Part shown: piece by piece, positions 1 to 12,200 of the stretch
Layout: every line of letters begins with the position of its first letter
Position numbering within the stretch: the first letter of the stretch is position 1
NCBI GenBank assembly: GCA_964035545.1
Contig: OZ037771.1
Coordinates: forward strand, 3,855,628 to 3,919,627
Length of the DNA: 64,000 nt
Source of the DNA: Bugula neritina
Taxonomy: Eukaryota > Animalia > Bryozoa
Reading direction: 5' to 3'
The notes under the pieces: generated by a model
Databases searched by the model: none
Seen by the model: the letters and a program-made list of their open reading frames with translations, nothing else
Told to the model about the DNA's origin: nothing
Position numbers and translations under genes: made by a program

Positions 1-2217
1 ATGTTACAACTAAATCCTAAAGTTGATGAAAATAAAAATTTTAGTAAAACTAAAACATCATTAACTAATATAATTATATAAATAACAGTAGCAGTAGCAC
101 TAATACCGTAATACTAATATTAATAGACTAATACGAATGCGAATAGTGACACAAATAGTCAATTTAGATTCAAGTTTGAATACTGATTTATATTATAACT
201 TTTTAAATTGTTAAATAAAATAATCTGGTTGTAGGTATTTATTTTAAATTTATAATTATTGTAAATATGGTTAGTCTTAAATATTTTTTGTTAATACCTT
301 TATTTGAAATTTGCCAGTAATGCTAGTAGAAACTGTAGTAGGAAAAGTACTAGATAGGTTTTTCATTTTGTGAAAGCATACTTTCATATTAAATTTTCCA
401 ATGTGTAATAATTATTGGAAATTAAATATACTTTATTATTTATTTCAGTTATTAACTCTAGTTAGAAACTTTATGTAAAGTTGATGAAAATTTCATCTAT
501 TGTTTGTGGATGTTAGATATATGTTTGATATTGATAAAATTTCTGACTCTGATTTAGAAAAATAAGATAGATATATGTTAAATGATCTTTCTGTAAACAT
601 TGTGCATCATCGTAGTACACAGCAGGCTATAACACTTGTAAATTTAGGAAAATTACAAGTTTTAGTTTGTTTTTTTAATTTGTTTCCACTACATGTGGAA
701 AGATTGCCCTTAAATTACAACAAATGTGCTTGGATTATTACAAACATTACTAGTTGCTGAATTTAAATTATGTGTATTATCAATTATGTGTAATAAGATA
801 TGCATATGGGGTTAACTAATCTCAAACTTCACTAAATATTTCACCTTTGATACTATTTCTGTGCACAAATATACATTTCTCGTACTGGTCACTTATCATT
901 AAGAAATCTTCTCATCTTGTGAATGTACAATGTTTTCAGTCTCACCAGTTTGTTTGTTGATCTGTTTTGTAAACAAATAGTAATTGCAATTTTTCTTGAT
1001 CTTTAAAGATAGAGCCACAATCTAATTTAAGCTTACAAACTTGATATACAAGCATGTTTCCTGTTATTAAAGCACATTTTCAATATACTACAACCAATCA
1101 ATTGGAAAGTTGGATTTCCTACCATTATTACTGCACCAGAAATTTCAGTTTTTATTAAAATTGGTTAGTTAAAGCCTTAAAGGGTCTATAGTTGAAAAGG
1201 AGAACTTTGAGTGTTTTATACATTGTTTTAGGTGTTGATGGTTGTAATATTCATACTCAAAGTATCTGTTAAATAATATTCCAATTGAAAAACACAATAT
1301 TGGATATCATAGGAATCCGTCTGGTCATTAGTAGCCTTATTCTCTAATTTATTAGTTTAGGTACCAAATTGATTCTGATCTTACCAAAATGTTTATCCAA
1401 ATGATAAAGCTGTTGTGTTCTTTTTATGCAACTGACGAGTTTTTCGTATTACAAATATTCAACTGAACTACCAAATAATTCTAATACTCTAGTTTTGCGT
1501 AGAGACCATGGTGAAAGAGGTGTAATAAATTAGGTAGCTACTATTGATGTTTATTCTATCTACTTGATAACCAAAAATGAGGTACTGTTAATATTCTTTT
1601 TGTGAATGTTTTTTGTTAACTGAAACTTGCAGTAATTTCATGCTTAGCACTACAGCATTTGTATCATACTCTTTATATTTTATATCAGGAAATGTTTTTA
1701 CTTGTTATTCAATTGTCACTCTGTGCAATGCATACAACCTGTTTCTAAAGTTATTCAAGGTATATATATCTCTCTGTCCAGTGGGTATAATTAAAGGTGT
1801 AGTTAACACTACTTGTGCATCTTCTAAGAACATAGATTTATCGCTCTATTATTCTATAGACACTGCTAAATTACATATTTATTCAACAGTACTTTGCATC
1901 TTGTAAGAACATTGTTTGTGTTTCTATAGCTAATTCCACCCATTTAACTAAATTATTGAGGATATGGGTGCTTCTGGAGCTAGCTAGGGTGATGTCTAAG
2001 TATTGCAAAGGGTGAAGTTCATCAGTAGCTTTCTCTCTGGTTCATCTTCACAAAGAGCTGTCTGGCTCACCCCCTTCTGTGTCTACTACCCTATATACTG
2101 TATTTTCATTCAGTTTATATGACTGAGCAAAATGTTTGCAGATAATAATATTGAAATACAACTGTTTACAGGTTGAGAGCCATGATATTAGTGCAGGAAT
2201 TCTAATCATAAATAACC

Positions 2218-2240
2218 ATGACTACGACCTTAAGCTCTAG
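2218..2240 (+). CDS. Candidate alternative first coding exon A of the AFF gene (MTTTLSS-R); exon 2172-2240
   Basis: Acceptor TTTACAG ends at 2171, ATG in ACCATGA at 2218, strong donor AG|GTAAGT at 2241. Phase 2 joins in frame to exon 6294 (AG+G = Arg). An in-frame 7-codon uORF (ATG at 2182) precedes it. Confidence 0.5.
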
Positions 2241-3499
2241 GTAAGTTTCAGGTGGTAACTTAACATGTAGTCTCTTTTTCTTGACTACTCTGATGCTGAA
2301 GGGTAACTGCAGGTTCTACAGAATGTATTCTTCAAGGGTTACAAATAGCGGAGTGTAAAGAGTTTAACGGTGAAATTATGGGCATCTTACTTCTCTTACA
2401 AAACTCAACACTAAACACAATATGAAATATAAATCCTCATAGATTATTGTTTATTGTTCAATACATGTTCAACTTGTACTGGAGTTTGTGTAGTGAGGGT
2501 AGTATGCATCTAGATATACTATTACATGCGTGGCATGAGTCTATATCAACTGTGGACCTAGATGATAAGGAATTTTGATTACAAATAATTATTGCTTCTA
2601 ATGGTGTAACTATACAGCTTGTAGTTTTAATGCTAGGCTATCTTATCTCAGCTGTTTCGGTTTCTGTCACTTATTATGAGTGATGAGAAAACCCAACTTT
2701 GTCTCCATCAATCTTCCAGTTCCTTTCTACTTCAACTAGTTCTACGGTCCACCTGTATCTATTCACTAATATCTAGTTTTTAAGTAGTGTACAGATTGTC
2801 TGGTCCTAGATCTAGTTGCAGTAACTAGCTCTTTCACTGTTAGATATTGCTACTACTTGTTGCATAACTGTGACATATCATTGCTATAAGCTCCATCTGC
2901 CAGCTATCCCTACGTGGGGTATTCTTTTCTACCTGTCTTTTAACAAGATGCAGGCGCATACACTAGGCTGCAGTTACTTTAATCATTGCGTGCTGGCAAT
3001 GCGATACTACCTGAGCCCAAATGCTGGCCCATTATCAGGTTACGAGACTTCTGGCATGACCAGTACCCTGTCAGTTAGTAGATTTAAACACCATACAGAA
3101 CATAGGATTAGAAAAAAGACTCGTCATGAGATTAAGAATAATTTAGGAATTAAGATTCGTTTGGACAAAAGAAACTTCAGGTTCTTTTGAGAAAGTTGTT
3201 AATAAGCCTGGCCCATGTTGGTGCAAAGTGGCTATTAATGACTGCTTTTTAATGGTTACTTTGTATATAATTATGTTTGTACATGCACTGTCAATTGTCA
3301 AGTCATTAATGCTAGTATAAACCTGTTGAGGTGTGAAGTTTCTCTAAATAAAATTCCACAGGCAGAAACTTTTTTCTTACTCTATTCTGGCAAGGCCTAG
3401 CTGGCAAGGCCTAGCTGGCGTATAGGTTTCATCCCATTTGGAGGCTATTTTCATTTTGGTACCATATACAGTAACATACCTATATTATACCTATATAAT

Positions 3500-3626
3500 T
3501 GTTGTAATGATTAGCATTGTAATAAATTACAATTACAATTGCATTTTTATACATCAATCACAAATTACATTCAATTACTTCAAAAAATGTAATTAATTAC
3601 AACCAATTACAATTATCCCAACCCTG
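3500..3626. mobile_element. Possible one-ended remnant of a non-autonomous DNA transposon/MITE
   Basis: Repeated AATTAC/GTAATT subterminal motifs ending in CCCAACCCTG (reverse complement CAGGGTTGGG, like hAT-type termini). No matching second terminus was found. Confidence 0.3.
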
Positions 3627-4189
3627 GTATTTTATGGACAATTTATTTGAATATCATTGAAATATGCATACGTATATTTAAATAAACTGGATCAATTGTT
3701 TGTTATTTAGCACATAAATAAATTCTTTTGATATGTATCAACTTATTAATTTTGCATTTTCTATACTTCTTGTTTGAAAAAAATGATAATAATATTTATA
3801 AGAGGTATTTATTAAAGATAATGTCTAGTATTAATGTATTCCTGTTTTTTTGTCTCGCACAACTTCGTGAAAATTGGAACACTATTCTAGACAATTCATA
3901 TTAACTGTTATTTCATGTTTAGCAATCAATGCAACATTTATAAGTATTTATGCATATATTACCACGTATAGCTTACCTAAATAAAAAATAGCGTGTAACT
4001 GGAATGAAATCATGCAAACTGTAGCCATGTTTGGTATTTTCACCATTTTATAGTAAATATTGCACTAGTGCGTAGTGGTGCATGATATTAAGGTTTTGTA
4101 AGCTTTTCAAGTCTGTTTTCTGTGGATAATTTGCTTGTGGCAAAAAATGTTAATTACAGGTACTTTTAAATTTGTTGGCGTTATTCACT

Positions 4190-4400
4190 CATGGGGTGGG
4201 ATTAGGGCCTGGCCCGGTCAGTGTACTTAACTTCGCTAAACACTTGATTACCCTACAGCTATTCCCTATTGTCAGATATGCCGCTGTTATCTAATGACCT
4301 TGTTAGGTGCGCCTCGCTGATTGGTCAAACTAGCAAAGCTATCGTGCTTAATTGTTAAAGCTGCGGAAGCCGCGCGGGCCGACAGCTGATCGCTTAGTTG
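4190..4400 (+). promoter_or_regulatory. Putative internal promoter of the AFF gene
   Basis: Locally GC/CpG-rich patch in an AT-rich background (GGGGTGGG, GCCGCGCGGGCC, inverted CCAAT box GATTGG at ~4319), 150-350 bp upstream of candidate exon B. Confidence 0.35.
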
Positions 4401-4539
4401 ATTCATTTCCATGTAGTTGGATAACAGTTAGCACTATCTGCTATTAGTATAGAGTCGCTAATTTCCACACAGCTACACGGACATTTACGAGATTACTAGA
4501 AGTGAATCTGTGTTACAAGTGAAATAAAATATTACTAAG

Positions 4540-4568
4540 ATGAAGTATAGGCTTGTGCCTTGGCCTTG
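4540..4568 (+). CDS. Candidate alternative first coding exon B of the AFF gene (MKYRLVPWP-W)
   Basis: ATG at 4540, donor TG|GTAAGT at 4569. Phase 2 joins in frame to exon 6294 (TG+G = Trp). It lies just downstream of a CpG-rich patch. Confidence 0.45.
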
Positions 4569-6293
4569 GTAAGTAGCTAAGGTTAAGTATTTTGGTGGGG
4601 AAATTATATTGAATTTTGAGAAAGTTGTATTTTTCTGATAATTTCCAGTTAGGAATTCACATTGAATAAACCCATTATGTTGGTATATAACTTAGCCATT
4701 AGTCTCTGATCATTTTGATGATGATTGTGTTGCAAATGTTGATATTTTTACTAGAGTAAAGTTTGACTCTAGACCTCAGTAAATACAATTACGGTATCTT
4801 CCCAGAACATTATGGTTGTAGCCGTAGTTAGTTAGTTAGTTAGATATTTGTACCTATAACTAATCACTAACACTACTGGACTATGTAGTCACTCTACTAT
4901 GTAGTCGGTCATTGCTCATACATAGTCATTCATACACTGAATCACCACTCACTCACTGATCAATCCCATTATAAATCACTATAGCACACTCGTACTCATT
5001 CTGACAACTCACTGACTGACTCACTAATTACTAATCAATTATTTGCTAATCACACATTAATAGCTACCAAGTTACTAATAAGTAATAATGAATACACCTC
5101 GCCGGTCCAACCATCACTGATCCAGCAATATAACTACAACACTCACTTCTACAATATAAAATATTTTGTAACTGGAAAAATCAAAGCGCTTGTACATTCA
5201 CCAAAACGCTTATTCTTTACCAAATATCACATCCAGAATAGCTTTGGTTCTTATAAAAGGCAGTCATTATTATGTATACAATCATCTTGCTCGACTCATT
5301 TACCTTATTTTGGTGTTAAACCCCCTGAAATATGCATTACTCCATTGAATTAATCGCCTTCATTGATACGTAATACTACGCTAAGGTAATTAGATTACAT
5401 AACACTGTCCCAAGCAGTGATAATAGCTAGTTATTTCATATGATTAGCAGTGCTCTATTCTTGTTACATTTATGATTTCAAAACAGTTTTAGTTTAAGGT
5501 ATTGTTTGTCAGTTCATTGTAATAGGTGAGCAGGGAATTGATAGCTTGGTAGCTGGTGAAAGCTTATAATAATAGATTATGGACAGCTATTTACAATAAT
5601 AGCCATGTTACTGCTTTATTAACACTTTCATAAAACATTCTTTGAGGGATGAGAATTCCTAGAAATAACTGTGTTTGGTACAGCATTAGCAGCTAACGCT
5701 GGCAAGTTGCCAACATAACATCCATCTCCATCTGAACTGCCTCTCTCCTCTGCATGGGAGGTCTTCCTTCACCACCATTGATTCACCATCTTTCCCTGCA
5801 ATAGAACTGCTTGTAGTGAATTGGTCTTTTTTTATTCCTAGAAAGAGCAACTTATATATTCAACGCCTTGTGTGAGTTGCAGAGATTTTCTGCAGGTTAA
5901 TAAAACAGTCTTGGTATAATTTAATAATATTGGTTGGCAGCAAAATGTGTTGACAGGCAGCAGCAAGGGAGCATGACCTCTGATGTCATAAACATGTATT
6001 GAAAGCTGCCTCGAGCCTAGGTGTATGAAACTTCAACGTGTGAATGGGCATGCCTGAGTTCATACCTACTACAGTTATAATAACTTGACTGACCTTTGAA
6101 CCCCGAGTGTTCATGCATCAATACTGAATTCATTACTGAGAAAGATTATTATCAGCATTCCATTCATGCCTACACCACTCCACTCTGTTTCCTTACTACT
6201 TGCTAAATGCATGTGAAATATCCACCCATAGCATACACTTCCCAGTGTGCATGTTTTTACATTGATCTCACAAATCTATCGCCATGTTTGTAG

Positions 6294-9200
6294 GCTCCAA
6301 GCCAAAGAGCAAAGGAAGAAAACAACTCCCACCGCTGGAATAGGTTTGGGGGAAATTAGCAACATCTCGCCTACCGACAATGAGGAGCTATTTCCCATCG
6401 CAGTCAGGGTATGTTCACAAGTTGTCTTTCCTTGTCCTTTAGCATTCTCTCCCCTCTGAGTATGGGGCGTCTAGAAAACAATGTGCTATAACAAGGAATT
6501 CATTTTTAGCCATTTCAATGTAATGAAATGAGTGGTACTTAGTCTATATTGGCTTCTCACAACTTGATATAGATTACATTGCATGCAGCAAACATCATTA
6601 CATAATGAATTAGAAGTTGTACAGCGTCAAGTGATGTTTGGTTTTCAATTGAGTAGGAATTTAGAATATAAATGAAGTATATTTCTATTAGCACATACTG
6701 ATTTTCATTTTAAAGTGAAACGTTAGGTGTTCAAAATTCAAGTTTTGAAAATTATTAAAATTCGTAAGTTTAAAAGCCAGGACAGATAATATTATTTCAA
6801 ATTGAATGTGCTAGAAAAAATGATTCTTAAAGACTAATAGGTTTTTATGAAATTATAAAATAGCTTGTGACAGAATTAGTTTCCCAGGATATTAGACATA
6901 CTTTTTTATAAAGCAAAGCACTCACCTTATCAGAGGAGATAACTTCTCATTTAACATTTTCTGTCCTGAGTGAACAAACCATATATCCCGTGACCTCATG
7001 CCGTGGTGCAGAGTTGTCACCACTCTATTTAAAAGTAGGGTTCGTTTGTCTGGTAATGTACAACTGCCGCCTATGCAGCTTGATGTAGGTATTCAAGAGG
7101 GTTTTCATAAGTCTTTCCTATGATAGGATTCAAGCCATTTATTATGTAGCTAGAGCTCATCTCTATTTACTTCTTGATCACCCATGTCTATACCGACTCG
7201 GTGCTCAGAGGTTTGTGTGAACATAGGCAGTCTGAGTGTTTATATATGGGAGGACTGCAGTGTTAGTAGGTTGAAATAGCTTTAAACCTTAGCTTTTAAG
7301 CCAAGTAGCAAAGCTAGCAGCTTTCTAGCTGAGCTTTTCAGATAGCTTTCCAGCTGAAGGAGCTGCTACTGATGGCTTTCCACTGCCCACTGACTGTGAT
7401 GACTAATGAATGCTTGCTGTCTTCTGCAGGTAGTACCAAATCAAAACGATGAGTTATCCAACAGAATCAAAGGCTGCTTTGGTGATGTTTCAGTGCTGAA
7501 TCATTCCAACAGGTAAATTTTCTCCACCTTGTTTCCCATTATATGTCCCTCCCACTCTATTATATGTCCCTCCCACTCTACTATATGTCCCTCCCACTCT
7601 ACTATATGTCCCCCACTTTACTATATGTCCCCCCACTCTACTATATGTCCCTCCCACTCTACTATATGTCCCTCCCACTCTACTATATATCCCCCCCACT
7701 CTACTACTATATGTCCCCCACTCTACTATATGTCCCCCACTCTACTATATGTCCTCCACTGCAATGTAATACGTGACAAGGAGAATTATGAAAGATGACG
7801 TAAATGCTGTAGTGGGCTGTATAGTAATAGCTGTGTAACCCATCAATCATACTGCGTGACATCTGGACTAAGGCATACTTTCAGTGGTGTTACACAGGAT
7901 AAAGGGGTGTAGACTATACACTGGGGGGGGGGGTTGCTGCTGTACATGTGTGGGTGTCTAACCGTCTAGGGCCTATACATGTTCTTGCTATTTTGTATTT
8001 GTACTGTACATGAAGTAAATATACCTCAGCACTCAGTTTACCCCCCCCCCCCCAATGTAGAGTGAATTGTAGTTCAGCATATCTCTACATTGTAGTCAGA
8101 TTGTCAGTGGAACTTAATATCTTAATTTAATTTGTGTTTCTCTTGTCACTGTATACATGCACACTTTCTCACACTTTAGCCCTAATACACTTGTCAGCAG
8201 ACCCCTGGCGGAGTATCACCGCAGCATGACCAACCACAAGCCTCCGCCACCACAACAACCGCTGCCACAACCGACACCCACGCAAAACGACAAGACTGTC
8301 CCCTTCTCCAAAGGCAGAGACTCGAAAGACTCGAAGAGACCAGACAGCTCGGAGCGAAAGCAGAAACACAAGGAGAAGAAGCGGAAGTCAGCTCACAGGT
8401 TGGTGTTTGATTGACTAATAGCCTTCCTTCTTCACTACACTTGTGTCAGCTGTTGGTGGGGGGTGAGTGGTCGTGCCTACAGTAGAGTTGCTGGCGTGAG
8501 GTTTATTGATACAAATAGTTTCGTTTCCTGTTGACCTTGACATTTACAAAACTGGCACTGTAACCTTGTGAGGAATGTAGCTCTGCATGAGAGCAATGAG
8601 TAGTGTATGTTCTTATCTCCCTGCTGTCTCTTTACTGCTGGAACATCTATATTCTATACAATAGATATTAGTTATAGTACAGAAGGTGTAATATAAGGCT
8701 TAGTACCCTAGTCAGGGGTTTCATATAATACTTATGTTGGTAGTGTGGAGTAGAGTTATTACTGTTAGTAGTGTGGAGTTACTACAGTTAGTAGTGTGAT
8801 AGTTACTACAGTTACTAGTGTATAGTAACTCTCACACTAGTGACAGTAGTTACTATACACTAGTAACTGTAGTAACTCTACACTAGTAACTGTAGTAACT
8901 ATCACACTACTAACTGTAGTAACTCTACTCCACACTACCAACATAAGTATTATATGAAAGGTGGTGTGGAGTTACTACAGTTAGTAGTGTGATAGTTACT
9001 ACAGTTAGTAATGTGGAGTTACTACAGTTAGTAGTGTGGAGTTACTATGTTCTTAGAGTCTGCCTACACTCTACTACATGTTGTTCATTGGTCACTGAAC
9101 TCTGGTATTTTAGTCCCTTGGTATGCAAATGTGACATTTCTCTCCCTGCTGAGCAAATGCTTTGTTATGCAACATAAATATTGCTACTCGACTTGCCTCA

Positions 9201-12200
9201 TGTGTTTTAGTGTGAAACTAAAAGGTACATTTTATTATGAGGTTATTACTTGATACTATGTGTCAATCTGAAATGCACTCAACTGTTTGCTTGTCACACT
9301 GAGCTTTGATTTATGTGGTTTTTGAATGGTAACGGAGAGCTAGTAAGAGAGCTAGTAAGAGAGCTAGTAATTCTCAACTACTAGCCTACCTGTCTCATAT
9401 ATTCTTCCTAGCTCTCTGCCTGTCCACCCAAGGCCAGTATTTCCGCTATTCAGGAATTTCTTTGTATTGCTAAATGGAGGAATTAATTGTACAGCTCATT
9501 TCTATAAAACATTAGAGTTGGGAGTTTAGAATGTGGAAACCCCAACTAACTTTCCAACTAGCCCCCCCCCTCTGAGTAGAAATTTAATTGGAAACATCAA
9601 AAACTAAAATATCTGTATTTTACTGAATTTGAAATTTCCATTTCACTTGTGCATGCTTTGCACAATTTCATCAGCCACCAGCTAACCTGATGAATTACGC
9701 GTAAGGCAGTTTTTAGCTTGTGTATTTCAGAAATTCTTTGAGCATTTATTGATTTAAATTAGAATTAGTTGACTCATTTGGGAAATGGAAGTTTCTATTT
9801 TCTGTGCTGTCGAGTATATTGAATGAGGCAGCATGGGCTGCTTGTATTCATGCCTTTGACTCTCTTTAAAACATGTCTTTGGTTGTAGAGTCGGGTTTTT
9901 GCTCTTAGTAATCGTACAAGTCATTGTATTGACAACTCCAAACTGTTTAATCTGCCATCTTATTTCCAATTCTTTCTTCTACAGTGAAGAGAAACAAAGC
10001 AAAAAGAAGTCAAAATCAAGCGACAGAACTCACTCGCCGCCGCCAATAAAAGACTCGAGTTCGTTACTTCCTCCCGCCAAGAAGGTGTGTCACCGCTCCT
10101 CCTCGGTGTCCAGTGATCGCAGTGACAACTCTGTCAAGTCTCGATCTTCCTCGGACAAGCAGCAGACGGCCGGCAGCAGGTACAACACACATGGCGAGCT
10201 GGCTAAAAGTAAATCAGCTGCTAAGGCTTCTACATCGAACCACAGCACACACGCAGCTCTTTCTGGCAGCAGGTGAGTTTTGTAGCTTATGATCTCTATC
10301 TCAGTAGGCTGGTCAGGGCAGTCTCCCCCCACCTAGATATTGCTAGCCCTTGTTCACACTGGTGATGGCCAAACACACTGCTGACCTTACAAAGCTGCCA
10401 AAGTTCTCTCTCTCTCCCTCTCTCTCTCTCTCCCTCCCCCTCTCTCCCTTCCCCTCTCTCACTCCTTCTCTATCACTCCTTCTCTCTCTCACTTGTTTCA
10501 TGGAGTGACAGTGTATTAGTAACCAGACCTTAAATGCTCTTTGAAAACTTTTGCCTTGATTTGTCTGCAACTTAATTGCCAATTGTTGATTAGTCCCATT
10601 ACATGATGTAAAGTTGAACTGCACAATGCTACTTGGTGGTTACATGTAATTTATATCAGTAAGATCAAAGCACACCGTGCTTATTGTCATTATTATTGAT
10701 TGTTGATAACATCTGTACTTCTCAATCCTTCAGGTTATTATTCATTTAATGTGGTTATTTAGTTTCTTTCCTGCACATGTAGCACAAAAACCCGAAGAAA
10801 CTAATGTTTAACTGACCACTGTCTGCTATAAGCAGCTAACTGACATGATGTAATAACTTTCTGTGATAGTGACCACACATAAGTTGTAGTATTGTTAAAC
10901 CTAGCTTGAGGTTTAGACTTTGTGAATGTTGTTTTGTAGTTCTAAAGCTACTTCCGATTCTCACGCCACCAAGTCCTCCTCTAACCTTGACCTTGGAATA
11001 GACGCAGCTACAGAGGCACTCTTCGGTACTCAAAGTCTTGGCATGGCCACATCCAGCAAGTCCTCTCTATCAAACACCAACTCTAGCAAACCCGACAAGG
11101 ACAGTCGGTCCATTAATGGTTTGATACGAGCCAAACCGACCAATCTGGTCATTCCATCCGTGAATCCTAGCCAAGCACCTAGTCATCAGGTAGGTGGTCA
11201 CACAGCTCCTCTCGGCCTTTATTTGAGATTATTTTGGGTTAGGAACTTCTAAGGTGTCGTCTAGTAATTGTAAGAAAGTATTTTGTGTGTGCAGAGTGAT
11301 AAAGAAGACCCGGGAATTAAGAAAATTCTGGAAGAGATGATCAAGCCGGCAGAAAAGATCACCGAAATACAGACTCCGTGCAAGGCAGACGGCGTCTCCG
11401 CCTATCCCTTTAATAACTTACCAAAGGCTGTTGAGCGAGTAAGTGCTGCCTACACTGTGTCTGCTGTCGGTTCTACAGTGTCTAGGAGTTGTCCACTTTT
11501 TCACCTGCAGTGAGGACTGAATTCCCACATGCAACTGCTAGTTTATTATAAAGAAAACAACTCCCAGTTCATGTGTTGGTTGTCTGATAACTCTTGTGAA
11601 GATTAAATTAGTAACATGAGTTGTGACAAAAGAGGCAGTGTCTTATTTCAAAGTGTTTTGTAGAATAGTCTATGGGTTGTGGATTAAAATATTTGTCTTT
11701 TTTCTAAATTAATTTATTTTCTTTTTGCATGCATAAAGTTTTTATAAGTTTTGAAATTGCAAAGCTGCTCTCCATGAGCCCCACTAATCAGAAAAAGTTT
11801 TTTTATTGCAATATACTAAGAAATAATGCGGAGTTATCAGACCCTTCTAGTGTTTGGATCTCGTGCTGTTTCAGATGTCCAATCAGATGAGCTCAAGCAG
11901 CAAACCGGTAGCCAAGCCAGTTAGTCAATCTCGTCAACCTAGTCAGCCAGTCAAAGAGAAGACTAAGGAGGCTCCCCCCACACACACTAAACCAGCCAAA
12001 CCACCAGATACCAAGTAAGTCTCTCACCGTCTCTCACCATTTCTCACCATCTCTCACCATCTCTCACCACCACGTGGACACATTATACTGGAGCTAGTCT
12101 CTGCAATTTGCTTAGATCTCTCTGTCTGTTTACTGGAGGGCTTAGAACTAGAGTTGCTGTTCATGTGATGTGCTAGGGGGGGGGGGGGAGGGAGGGGGTA

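Noticed and set aside
575-1906. Short ORFs in the first 2 kb and other low-complexity Ile/Tyr/Leu-rich ORFs throughout the track
   Set aside because: No motifs, no splice-consistent partners, and composition typical of AT-rich non-coding DNA.
2870-3190. 106-aa ORF containing MTSTLSVSR, similar to candidate first exon A
   Set aside because: No recognisable domain, and the nearby GTTAGT donor is phase 0, incompatible with exon 6294.
7918-8060. G-run at 7923 and C-run at 8041 as a possible intronic hairpin or G-quadruplex
   Set aside because: Complementarity is mostly homopolymer, and isolated G/C runs recur elsewhere (9562, 12176, 14380).
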